Shown: piece by piece, positions 31,944 to 40,290 of the stretch
Layout: every line of letters begins with the position of its first letter
Position numbering within the stretch: the first letter of the stretch is position 1
Source of the DNA: a virus
DNA: 64,000 nt
Reading direction: 5' to 3' (one strand)
Virus record (IMG/VR): IMGVR_UViG_3300045988_076436
Position numbers and translations under genes: made by a program
The notes under the pieces: generated by a model
What the model was told of the DNA's origin: nothing
Database searches by the model: none
The model's input: only the letters and a program-made list of their open reading frames with translations

Positions 31944-33433
31944 AACCCTTTACCCTTAGTTCTTTCGTACACCGCTTCTCTGTCGGTGTCCACGTTCTTG
32001 ATGCGGAACTGCACGGCACACCTGTCCGGGATAGTGTCGGGCAGTTTCGCTGCAAGTCGGACAATCACCTCATCAATGTTGCTGAAACCAATGTCGCTCA
32101 CCTCGGCCAACACCTCACCACGGAAGTACGCCCTTGCATAAATCATGTACTTTGGCGCAATACGGAACATCGTGTCCTTGCGTTCTTCCACATCGTGCGC
32201 CAAGCCCTGCTTGCTCTTTGCCGTGCTGAAGAAGATGAAGTCAATCACTTTTGCGTTCAGTTCCCATGCAGGGGAGAAGTCCAGCTTGATGTAGCCGCGC
32301 GTGATGGTGCGTCCGTGCGAGTGGTTCATGGCAAAAGCCACCTCGTCAATGGTCGCTCCGCAGTCGTTCTGCGCCACCGTTCCCCAAGTATGGCGGAATG
32401 TGTACGCCCTGTATTGCTTTTCCTTGGGTATGCCCAGACTCCTGCAAATCTGCTTGATGCCGTTGTTCACACCTGCACAGAACGAGTCGCTGTCGCAAAA
32501 ACGCTTGTGGAAACGGAACAGGTAAGGGTCGTTAGGCTCTGCCAAGTATTTCTCCACCAACGGCTGTATCACTGGCTCAACCCTCATTTCGATGTACGCA
32601 TCATCGGTGCGCGTCTTTTTCGTCTTGGCTCTGTTGTAGCACAAGCAGCCGTTTCGGTAGTTCTCTTTCCGCATCTCGAAAAGGTCAACCGTGTTGATAC
32701 CTGCAAGGCAAAGTATCATCTTCGACACGTCACGCCCAATCTCGGGCAATGGATCAATCATTTTCGTCTCGGGCAATGGGGCAGCGAAGAACACGCGGCA
32801 CTCCTCTGGGCTGATGGCAATCTTTGCCGTGCGGTCAGCCTGTGGTATCTTCACCTTGCCCCAAGGGTTCGTCTTGATGCGGATAACTCCGTTGTCGTAG
32901 TCGTTGTATTCCGCCACGGCAGCACGGAACACCTGCCTCATGCATACCGGGTACATCTCCTTTGCCCTGTGCGTCTGTTCCAACGACTGCACCCACAGGT
33001 TCACGAAAGTGGAGGTGAGTTGCCCGAACATCACCCTCGTTGTCACTGCAAACCGCTCCATGTGCTGGAGTGCCAGCTTGTAGTTCTTCGCATTCCTCAA
33101 CTGTCCGTTGTCAATCATGCGGTTTATGTGCAGGTGCGCATAGTCCGAAAAGCACAAGTCCTCGTCCTCCTTGGTCACATACTCGATTATCTGCTTGACC
33201 GTCCACTTTGAACTATCCACACGGTTGAGCAGTTCTGTGAAACGGAGTATGCGCCTCATGCAATACTCGTTCACGAAAGGGTCGGTGATGTCATTGTTCT
33301 TGTCGAGATAGTCTTTCGTAACAACCTTGTCGGTCTTGATGTATCCGGGCTTGCGGTTCTGCATCACCCGAATGTACACTTGGAAGAAACCGTCTTTGCG
33401 CGGTCTCCTGGTTACTGGTTTGAACATTGCCAT
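31940..33433 (-). CDS. int: Tyrosine recombinase / phage integrase with an unusual C-terminal extension
   Basis: The catalytic region reads AYTFRHTWGTVAQN...AFAMNHSHGRTITRGYIKLD (R...HxxR...Y pattern). About 115 residues follow the Tyr. I chose ATG 33433 (MAMFKPVTRRPRKDGFF), not the TTG at 33460 listed in the ORF track. Confidence 0.85.
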   Translation of the reverse strand: MAMFKPVTRRPRKDGFFQVYIRVMQNRKPGYIKTDKVVTKDYLDKNNDITDPFVNEYCMRRILRFTELLNRVDSSKWTVKQIIEYVTKEDEDLCFSDYAHLHINRMIDNGQLRNAKNYKLALQHMERFAVTTRVMFGQLTSTFVNLWVQSLEQTHRAKEMYPVCMRQVFRAAVAEYNDYDNGVIRIKTNPWGKVKIPQADRTAKIAISPEECRVFFAAPLPETKMIDPLPEIGRDVSKMILCLAGINTVDLFEMRKENYRNGCLCYNRAKTKKTRTDDAYIEMRVEPVIQPLVEKYLAEPNDPYLFRFHKRFCDSDSFCAGVNNGIKQICRSLGIPKEKQYRAYTFRHTWGTVAQNDCGATIDEVAFAMNHSHGRTITRGYIKLDFSPAWELNAKVIDFIFFSTAKSKQGLAHDVEERKDTMFRIAPKYMIYARAYFRGEVLAEVSDIGFSNIDEVIVRLAAKLPDTIPDRCAVQFRIKNVDTDREAVYERTKGKGF

Positions 33434-33467
33434 TGTCTCTGTATTTTTTTTGTTATTCAAAAATCAT

Positions 33468-33718
33468 GTGTAAGCATTGGTAAGCGCATCATGCCGATTT
33501 GGTGTAAGTTTTGGTAAGCAAACCCTGCACATTCTGCACGATAATCATGCAGAATGTGCAGACCCCCTAAAAACAACTTAGGCGGCAAGCCTCTTTATTG
33601 TCAGAGACTTACCGCCTAACTCGTTAGTTACGAGGGCTTATCGTGTTATTCCTCAACCGCAGCCTGCGCAGCAGTTCGTACCCTCTTATTTTGAGGGCTT
33701 ATCGGAATATTGGTAAGC
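33468..33718. promoter_or_regulatory. attP-like structured non-coding region upstream of int
   Basis: G(G)TAAG(C/T) direct repeats at 33468, 33478, 33502, 33512 and 33711. A perfect 14-bp inverted repeat CTGCACATTCTGCA-N9-TGCAGAATGTGCAG (33525-33561). An imperfect 42-nt hairpin (33578-33619). A CTCGT/ACGAG hairpin (33620-33634). GAGGGCTTATCG direct repeats (33632 and 33693). Confidence 0.45.
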
Positions 33719-33869
33719 CTTACACTATGGCATGGCAAATTCCTCTGCTTTTATATCTTTTCTTGTTCGTCTAATTTTATATTTTCGCTACTCTTGTCGT
33801 CATCGTTAAATACCAAAATAAGCCATTTCTTTGCCCCTCTGACGGATTTTCTATACTCCGATGAGGGTT

Positions 33870-34241
33870 TTATTGTTTTGAAGAAATAACGCCCTCCAAA
33901 CGCTTTATTTCGCGCTTTGCCTCAACAAGCAGGTCGTAGAGTTCCACCGACCGCTCCGTGGCGAAGTATTCTGCCCAATCCCGAAACGTGTAGCACAAAT
34001 CCGTTATGCCATCATCATAGCCCATGCTGTCCCACCAGTCGGATAATTCCGCAAAGACTTCTGGAGGGTTCGTGCCGAGTGCGTCCACAACTTCGGTCGG
34101 ATATTGCTCGATGAGCATCATCTTCCAATTCTCCAAATCCGTATCTGGGTTCTCATGGAGAATGTTCCATGCAGCTTCTTTCAGTTCGGCATTGAATTCG
34201 TCCTCCGTGCAACCACCATTCCAAAACTTAAAATCGTTCAT
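33870..34241 (-). CDS. Hypothetical strongly acidic protein (123 aa)
   Basis: D/E/W-rich ORF (EDEFNAELKEAAWNILHENPDTDLENW...SDWWDSMGYDDGITD) lying between the attP-like region and the repressor operon. Confidence 0.6.
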   Translation of the reverse strand: MNDFKFWNGGCTEDEFNAELKEAAWNILHENPDTDLENWKMMLIEQYPTEVVDALGTNPPEVFAELSDWWDSMGYDDGITDLCYTFRDWAEYFATERSVELYDLLVEAKREIKRLEGVISSKQ

Positions 34242-34469
34242 AATTCTATTTCTGCTAACTTTGTCCGCATGAAGAATTTACTCAAACACATACGGAATTG
34301 GCATTATCGCAGATTGTACACACGGTTGGTCTTTGCTTATCTGAAGCACGAAAGTACCAGTTGCGGTGCGTACAATTATGCAGAAGATGCATTCAAGGCA
34401 ATCACTGGTCGTTGGTATTATGAAATTCGCGACGAGTGATGTCCTTATGCCTTTCTCCGTCTTTTACTA

Positions 34470-35051
34470 CTACTTTATTTTCTTACGCAATAGTTCCAAC
34501 ATTTTATTGAAATCATCTGTTCTCATTGTTGTTGGCACAAGTTCCAAAGTGCGAATGTTGTCTTCTGCCTTTTCTTTATCGTAAGGAATTGCGTCATCCC
34601 ATATTGCAAGAAAATTTCTAATTGCAGACTCCATCATTTGATATGCTTTTAATTCAGAACACATTTCAATCTCAAAAATTCGATAAGTAATGGAAGCGTA
34701 ATAGTCAAGACTTTCACCTGCCAACTTATCAGAATATCTGATAGCAAAGAAATCTGCGAGTCCATGATTTGTATGCATCAAATTATATTTAGATTGCCGT
34801 AACATTTCTTCTTTTGCACTTACGGTCTGTTCCTTAATTTTTTCCAATTTTATGGCATTGTATATTTGCCACCCAATGAGCACTGCGGTTGGTATAGAAA
34901 TAACAGTAGCAATGCTAACTAATAAAGCAGAGTCAAAATCAATTGTAAATGGATTGTTTCTTACTGAACAACCTAAAGCAATTCCAGAAAGTATTAATGC
35001 AACCCCAGAAATGCCCATATTGATTTTTTGCCACACGTTCACGTCTTTCAT
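34470..35051 (-). CDS. Membrane protein (193 aa, two predicted TM helices plus a helical C-domain) co-transcribed with the repressor
   Basis: Hydrophobic segments ISGVALILSGIALGC and LLVSIATVISIPTAVLIGW. The start overlaps the repressor stop (ATGA). The locus is visibly more A+T-rich than its flanks. Confidence 0.7.
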   Translation of the reverse strand: MKDVNVWQKINMGISGVALILSGIALGCSVRNNPFTIDFDSALLVSIATVISIPTAVLIGWQIYNAIKLEKIKEQTVSAKEEMLRQSKYNLMHTNHGLADFFAIRYSDKLAGESLDYYASITYRIFEIEMCSELKAYQMMESAIRNFLAIWDDAIPYDKEKAEDNIRTLELVPTTMRTDDFNKMLELLRKKIK

Positions 35052-35410
35052 TTGCTCAACACTTGAATAACCTTATCCTTTAATCCCATTTTGATGAACT
35101 CATCGGGAGTAACATCAAGTTCAACCACAACTTTAGTGGACTTTCTCTGATTGTCCAATAAAGTTTGAAGCCGCTTAATTTCTTTCTCATAGATATTCAA
35201 GTTCTCATCGTTGACATCATTGTCAGCACCAAAGAACACGCTTGGACTAACCCCAAGTACATTAGAAAGGCTTTCAATCGTAGAAATCTTAATGTCAGCA
35301 CCATTCAGCGCATTATCAAGCGTAGTTCTCGAAATCTTAGCCATCTCAGCAATCTGAGCCTTGCCCATTTTACTTTTCTCGACAAGCGAGTTTAATAGAC
35401 TGAAATCCAT
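35048..35410 (-). CDS. XRE/cI-like HTH repressor (120 aa)
   Basis: HTH GKAQIAEMAKISRTTLDNALNGADIKISTIESLSNVLGV, with a C-terminal coiled-coil-like region. It is divergent from the early operon, the classical immunity-region layout. Confidence 0.75.
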   Translation of the reverse strand: MDFSLLNSLVEKSKMGKAQIAEMAKISRTTLDNALNGADIKISTIESLSNVLGVSPSVFFGADNDVNDENLNIYEKEIKRLQTLLDNQRKSTKVVVELDVTPDEFIKMGLKDKVIQVLSK

Positions 35411-35533
35411 ATACTTACAAATTTTACGTTCATTAAACTTTAATTTTCTTCAAAAATAATGCCCAATAAACTTGTATATTTGTCCATTAAACACTACCTT
35501 TGCACAATAAAGTTATAAATAAATATCGAAACA
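35411..35533. promoter_or_regulatory. Divergent immunity-region promoters with CATTAAAC operator-like repeats
   Basis: Minus-strand -7 box TATTTTTG (reverse complement of 35452-35459). Plus-strand -7 box TACCTTTG (35496-35503). CATTAAAC at 35432-35439 and 35486-35493, the second just upstream of the plus-strand -7 box. Confidence 0.5.
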
Positions 35534-35740
35534 ATGAACGAAACATCTAAAAATCAGCGCAAAAAGTCTCTGCTCGGGCAACTTTCAAACCTTGCAGTTG
35601 GCGAAGAACTGACAGTACCTGTTAGCCGTTCCAGCTATCTCAAATCAATCTGCGTCAGTTTCGGCTTGCAATGGGACAAGAAATTTTCAACATCGACAAA
35701 CCGCGAACAGCGCACAATCACAGCAACAAGAATTTTATAA
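35534..35740 (+). CDS. Hypothetical first early-operon protein (68 aa), in the Cro position
   Basis: Position opposite the repressor. I could not see a clear HTH. Confidence 0.5.
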   Translation: MNETSKNQRKKSLLGQLSNLAVGEELTVPVSRSSYLKSICVSFGLQWDKKFSTSTNREQRTITATRIL

Positions 35741-35753
35741 CGCTTACACTACA

Positions 35754-35999
35754 ATGAGAAAATCAATCATCACCTCCGTACTCCTCCTTGCAAGCCTCAT
35801 CAGCTGCAACACCACAACCCAATTGTCTAACGAGGAACTCGACCGCATCAGTTGGTCGGCATTCTGCAAGGACTTCGGCTATAACGAACTGGCCGACCGC
35901 AACAACGAGCAAGCCATCAACGACTATCTCGATGCTTGGCGCGGCTCCGTGTCCGAAAAAGAGGCATTTGCAAAACTCGGTATCACGCAAAGCTACTAA
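35754..35999 (+). CDS. Small lipoprotein (81 aa)
   Basis: Signal peptide plus lipobox: MRKSIITSVLLLASLISC. Confidence 0.65.
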   Translation: MRKSIITSVLLLASLISCNTTTQLSNEELDRISWSAFCKDFGYNELADRNNEQAINDYLDAWRGSVSEKEAFAKLGITQSY

Positions 36000-36002
36000 G
36001 CC

Positions 36003-36137
36003 ATGCCCAACCAGTTCTGCAAATCCTGCAAGCAGTCATACAACGCCCTCAACGGCTGTTACTGCACGCTGCTCAATCGTTATGTCGAGCACGCAAACAC
36101 CCCTCCATGTTCAACCCCTAAAACAGAAAAGAAATGA
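36003..36137 (+). CDS. Cys-rich mini-protein (44 aa)
   Basis: Below the ORF-track cut-off. My translation is MPNQFCKSCKQSYNALNGCYCTLLNRYVEHANTPPCSTPKTEKK (CxxC...CxC...C). Its stop overlaps the next ATG (ATGA). Confidence 0.5.
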   Translation: MPNQFCKSCKQSYNALNGCYCTLLNRYVEHANTPPCSTPKTEKK

Positions 36138-36370
36138 AAAAAGCAATCTCAATTTTCCGCATTGCCATTCTCGCCCTCATGGGCAGTGTTGGCGTACTCT
36201 TCCTCCTCGGTGAGGAACAGGACGAAGCACCCTTCACGTTCTTCCTGCACTTCCTTTTCGACAAAGTGTTTGCCTTTGCCATGCTTGCGGCCATGGTATA
36301 TCTTGCAGCCCGGTGGATAGATAAAGACAAATGGCTCAAAGCCATTGTAGAATGGTGTTGCGCTGATTAA
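36134..36370 (+). CDS. Small membrane protein (78 aa, two hydrophobic helices)
   Basis: Hydrophobic helices IFRIAILALMGSVGVLFLL and FAFAMLAAMVYLAA. Translationally coupled on both sides. Confidence 0.6.
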   Translation: MKKAISIFRIAILALMGSVGVLFLLGEEQDEAPFTFFLHFLFDKVFAFAMLAAMVYLAARWIDKDKWLKAIVEWCCAD

Positions 36371-36642
36371 TGGACTACCTCAACTTCTCTGACATGTGCG
36401 TCAAGTATTCTACATTCCTCGATGATGTGGCCGCAAGGGTCGTGCATCTGCTCAAGCAGGATGCCAACGACCCGGAGTTCATCAGCCAGAACAAAGCATT
36501 TGAAATGTTCGGGCGCGGAAATGTGGAGCGTTGGCGCAAGCAGGGAAAGGTAACAGCCTACAAGCGTCCGGGCAAGGTCGAATACCGAACAGCCGACCTG
36601 CGGCTCTTGCAGCGGATACAGCAAGATTATCTTGGCAAGTAG
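36370..36642 (+). CDS. Putative excisionase-like / HTH DNA-binding protein (90 aa)
   Basis: ISQNKAFEMFGRGNVERWRKQGKVTAYKRPGKVEY resembles Xis/MerR-type winged HTH domains. Confidence 0.45.
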   Translation: MDYLNFSDMCVKYSTFLDDVAARVVHLLKQDANDPEFISQNKAFEMFGRGNVERWRKQGKVTAYKRPGKVEYRTADLRLLQRIQQDYLGK

Positions 36643-36774
36643 CCTCAACTGCCGCAGATAGCGTGCTAATCGGATAGGTACGAACGATAAAGCGTAGGAC
36701 ATTAGGTAGGTTCAACTCCTCCCTGCGGCTCCAAAACTGAATAAAAATTTAATCACATTCAATTTCATACAACT

Positions 36775-37782
36775 ATGAGTCAAATAGAAATTACAGTCAA
36801 GCTGCTCAACGAATTGCAGCCGACAGAAATCGTCCGCAACGACAACGTGCGCGACAAGTTCATTCAGATTTACGATGCCATGTGGTCGCAGTCCACTGGC
36901 GTGTCGGGCGAAGCTGCCTACGAGAAAGAGGCTCGCAACTTCAACCGTCTGCTTTCCGAGAAAGAGGACGTGCGCAAGAAATGCAGCCATTTTTCCCTCT
37001 TCACCTCGTTTCTTGATGTGGCTATCTCTGGCCTCACCCTCGACCCCGGCACCAAGGCGCAAGCCTACCTCCTCGCACGCTCCATCGCTGTTGACTCCTA
37101 TGTGGACGACCACGGACAGAAGAAGAACCGCTACGAGACGCAGTGCGTCCTCACCGTCAGCGGCTATGGCGAGTTGGTGTTTCGCGCTCGTTGCGGTCAG
37201 ATACGCCATGCCGACAACCCTGTCATCGTCTATGAGGAGGACAGCTTTGAGTTTGGCGAGCGCAACGGACAGAAGTTCGTCAATTACACCTGCCGTCTCC
37301 CTCACCAGTCCGGGCGTATCGTGGCTTGTTTCATGAAGATTACACGTGCCGATGGCTCTGCCGACTATGCCGTCATGCAGCCCGAAGATTGGGCGCGGCT
37401 CTCCAACTACTCCGCTCGTCAGAACTCAAAGTTCAACTATCAGACCAAGCAGTGGGAGAACGGCAAGCCCAACGCCCTCTACACCGCACAGGGCGGACAG
37501 ATAGACCCCGGCTTTCTCGTTGCCAAGTGTATCAAGCACGCTTTCAAGACTTATCCCAAGGCGCGTATCGGCCATGCCACACAGTTGGAGTCACAGCAGG
37601 TTGACGAGACAGAAATCTCTGACGACATCTACGGCATCACCGACAATGGCGAACAGGTAGATACTGCCACAGGCGAGATTATTACCGACCGTCAGCCCGA
37701 ACAATCCTTTGCTCCTGCCGACAACACAGCGGCTGGCGTAACCGTTGATCCTGCGGCAAATGATGATGACGACACTTTCTAA
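36775..37782 (+). CDS. recT: RecT-family single-strand annealing protein (335 aa)
   Basis: The RecT-like core (FLDVAISGLTLDPGTKAQAYLL...TVSGYGELVFRARCGQI) is followed by an acidic tail. It lies in a module with a PD-(D/E)XK exonuclease. Confidence 0.7.
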   Translation: MSQIEITVKLLNELQPTEIVRNDNVRDKFIQIYDAMWSQSTGVSGEAAYEKEARNFNRLLSEKEDVRKKCSHFSLFTSFLDVAISGLTLDPGTKAQAYLLARSIAVDSYVDDHGQKKNRYETQCVLTVSGYGELVFRARCGQIRHADNPVIVYEEDSFEFGERNGQKFVNYTCRLPHQSGRIVACFMKITRADGSADYAVMQPEDWARLSNYSARQNSKFNYQTKQWENGKPNALYTAQGGQIDPGFLVAKCIKHAFKTYPKARIGHATQLESQQVDETEISDDIYGITDNGEQVDTATGEIITDRQPEQSFAPADNTAAGVTVDPAANDDDDTF

Positions 37783-37801
37783 TCCCTAACAACCGACAAC
37801 T

Positions 37802-39028
37802 ATGAGTGAACAAGCAACAAATACCGATTTGACCATCGTGCGCAAGGAGAACGTGCAGATGATAGCGCAGACTGCGCCCGAGGTGTACAAGAACAACACC
37901 ATTTCTTGCCAGAAGTGTACCGACTTCGGCAAGCGGCTCCTCGCCCAAATCAAGGAGCACGGCATGACTGACGAACTGGATATGCAGTGCGCCACCTACA
38001 TCAACAAGGCTCGCAACACGGTGAAGAAGATGAACACCAGCCGTTCTGCCATCACTAAAATCTTTGACCAGATACGCTCGGAGTTCACAGGCATGGAGAA
38101 TGCCATCGACCCCACCAAGACCAACTCTGTCCCTTACCAGATACAACAGGCTCGCAATGTCTACGCTGCACAGAAACGTGCCGAGGAGGAGCGCAAGCGC
38201 AGGGAGGAGATGCTGCGCCAACAGCGTGAGCAAGCCCTCGCTCGCTACAAGGCTGACGTGGAGGACGACTACAAGCGGTCATTCAACACCCACACCACCA
38301 ATGCCATCAACTCCCTTACCGAACTTAACGCTGCCATCACGCTCGACAACTACGAGGCGCAGTGCAAGGCTATCAAGCAGTTTCCTGTCAAGCTGCCCGA
38401 TGATTGGGCTGCAAAGACTCCCTCCAATGTCCGCATTCCTGCCGAACTTGCCGACATGCAGGACAAACTCCGTGAGGTGCGCACATCTATCGCCCTCAAA
38501 CTCATGGAGCAGTTTGCCAAGCAGTACGAGTTTGAGGTGGGCGACTACCGCGACAACATTCTCGACACACTACCGTCCAAGAAAACCGAATTGGAGCGTA
38601 TGCAGAAAGCCAATGAGGAAGAAAAGGCTCGCATGGCTGCTGAACTGAAAGCGCGTGATGAGGCCGAGGCAAAACGCATTGAGGCTGAACGCAAGCGCAA
38701 GGAGGAGGAAGAGACGGCAAAGAAGAAGATGCAGCAGGAAGCGGCCGAAGTGGGCAACCTCTTTGGACAACAGGCCATCGTTACCCCTGCCGGGTATCAG
38801 CCCAAGACTTCCGTCAAGAAACGTCTTGTGTTCCACGATGCGCAGGGTGTCCTCGCTGCCTTGTCTCTTTGGTGGTCAAAGGAGGGACAATACCAGTCTG
38901 TCGAAGACCTTTCCAAGGTGTTCAAGAAACAGATTACCTACTGCGAGAAACTCGCAAACGACAAAGACCACCCCGAATTTATCAGTTCAACATCTGTCTC
39001 TTACGAGAACGAAGTTAAAGCAAAGTAA
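37802..39028 (+). CDS. Hypothetical coiled-coil protein of the recombination module (408 aa)
   Basis: Long charged helical regions (KRAEEERKRREEMLRQQREQALARYK; EAKRIEAERKRKEEEETAKKKMQQE). No catalytic motif seen. Confidence 0.6.
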   Translation: MSEQATNTDLTIVRKENVQMIAQTAPEVYKNNTISCQKCTDFGKRLLAQIKEHGMTDELDMQCATYINKARNTVKKMNTSRSAITKIFDQIRSEFTGMENAIDPTKTNSVPYQIQQARNVYAAQKRAEEERKRREEMLRQQREQALARYKADVEDDYKRSFNTHTTNAINSLTELNAAITLDNYEAQCKAIKQFPVKLPDDWAAKTPSNVRIPAELADMQDKLREVRTSIALKLMEQFAKQYEFEVGDYRDNILDTLPSKKTELERMQKANEEEKARMAAELKARDEAEAKRIEAERKRKEEEETAKKKMQQEAAEVGNLFGQQAIVTPAGYQPKTSVKKRLVFHDAQGVLAALSLWWSKEGQYQSVEDLSKVFKKQITYCEKLANDKDHPEFISSTSVSYENEVKAK

Positions 39029-39034
39029 ACGATT

Positions 39035-39346
39035 ATGTACGAAAGTGGATATTACCCGGCTGGCGCGGAGTACGACCCTCGCGCCCCATGGAATGAGCGT
39101 GAGCCTACAATGATTGAGTGTGCGGCTTGTGGCGGCAAAGGCTATCACTGGCACGCCTACGACTTTGAGGCCGACCGCGAAACGGAATGTACCGAGGAAA
39201 CGTGGGAGTTGCTCCCCGAAACGGAAGAGGAGGCCATTGCCAAGCGCATGCACTTCATCAAGGGCGAAAAGGAGACCTGCGAGGTGTGCAATGGTGAGGG
39301 CGAAGTGGAATATGAACCCGATTACGATGATTATGACGAAGATTAA
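39035..39346 (+). CDS. Acidic zinc-ribbon protein (103 aa) with two DnaJ-type CxxCxGxG motifs
   Basis: CAACGGKG and CEVCNGEG, then a C-terminal EYEPDYDDYDED. Confidence 0.6.
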   Translation: MYESGYYPAGAEYDPRAPWNEREPTMIECAACGGKGYHWHAYDFEADRETECTEETWELLPETEEEAIAKRMHFIKGEKETCEVCNGEGEVEYEPDYDDYDED

Positions 39347-40010
39347 GCCTATCATCAACCCGGACGAATACTATCAGCGCAGTGAGGTCAGCAATTCTGA
39401 CCTTACTGAACTGAAGAACCAGCTCCACCCACACATGCAGTATGGCGACCGTGAGGCGGCATTCCGCTTTGGCTCTATCGTGGATGCCATCATCACCGAA
39501 CCCTCGCGTGTGGACTTCCTCCACATGACGATTGATGGTGAGCAATGCTCCGAGGAGGAGTTTCTCCACGCTCGCGAAATGCAGCGTGCGCTCCGTGCCG
39601 AGGCTCGCAGAGACCCATTCCTTGCCAAGGTGCTGGAGTTGTCCGAGACGCAGTGCTTTATGGTCAACAAGCAGCAGCCTTTCGACAATGGCGGTTTCCA
39701 TTTCACGCTCGACACGCGCTGCAAGTGGGACTGGTGGCTACCGTCCTGTCATTTCGGTGGCGACCTAAAGACCACATTCGCCTCCACACAGGCTGAGTTC
39801 GACAACGCTGTCGATTTCTTCGATTGGGACAGGTCGCGTGCCTGGTACATGGACATAGCCCATTCCGACCGCGATTTCATCTATGCCATCAGCAAGAAGA
39901 ACTGCCGCATCTTCAAGAAGTTCATCAAGCGTGGCGATGATACTTATCTCCGTGGTTTCGACAAGTACAACGAACTTGCTTTCCAGTATTGGGCTTTCTC
40001 TCTCGCATAA
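39333..40010 (+). CDS. PD-(D/E)XK-family exonuclease (225 aa), partner of RecT
   Basis: The ORF-track entry starts at 39114, but the sequence before MTKIKPIINPDEYYQRSE is junk-like. ATG 39333 overlaps the previous gene. The ...RCKWDWWLPSCHFGGDLKTT motif is D-x-K type, as in RecE/DUF3799-like nucleases. Confidence 0.6.
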   Translation: MTKIKPIINPDEYYQRSEVSNSDLTELKNQLHPHMQYGDREAAFRFGSIVDAIITEPSRVDFLHMTIDGEQCSEEEFLHAREMQRALRAEARRDPFLAKVLELSETQCFMVNKQQPFDNGGFHFTLDTRCKWDWWLPSCHFGGDLKTTFASTQAEFDNAVDFFDWDRSRAWYMDIAHSDRDFIYAISKKNCRIFKKFIKRGDDTYLRGFDKYNELAFQYWAFSLA

Positions 40011-40029
40011 TCACATAAAGAACAAAGTT

Positions 40030-40290
40030 ATGACAAAGATACTTTCACCGACCGCACAAATCAATCTGCTCAAACGCCTCAGACGTATGTGTCCCTTTGC
40101 CGTCTGGTCGGGACAATACGGCTACACCTGTGGCGGCATGAAGAATGGTGTGCGCTCGTCCTCTGGTATGGGGGCGCAGACAAAGGAGGCTCGCCACTGC
40201 CATTTGAATTGCATTTACCTGCGCAAGGCTGCGTTTCGCAATGGCTACGACATCACACTATCAACCCACAAACTCAATGCGTATGGCTGA
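40030..40290 (+). CDS. Hypothetical protein (86 aa)
   Basis: MTKILSPTAQINLLKRLRRMCPF... Its stop overlaps the helicase start (ATGGCTGA). Confidence 0.45.
   Translation: MTKILSPTAQINLLKRLRRMCPFAVWSGQYGYTCGGMKNGVRSSSGMGAQTKEARHCHLNCIYLRKAAFRNGYDITLSTHKLNAYG

Noticed and set aside
31940-33460. The integrase as a prophage-host junction
   Set aside because: Phage-type genes continue on both sides (a virion operon to the left, the immunity and early genes to the right) and no host gene or tRNA is visible. The window therefore looks like the attP configuration rather than an att boundary.
33578-33634. Possible tRNA or tRNA fragment in the hairpin cluster
   Set aside because: I could not fold it into a cloverleaf with acceptor, D, anticodon and T arms of the proper lengths. 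It forms one long hairpin plus one short one.
34269-34439. Plus-strand 56-aa ORF (MKNLLKHIRNWHYRRLYTRL...) between two minus-strand genes
   Set aside because: It is isolated on the opposite strand, has no promoter box, and its composition is aromatic and Arg-rich. This is not enough to call it.
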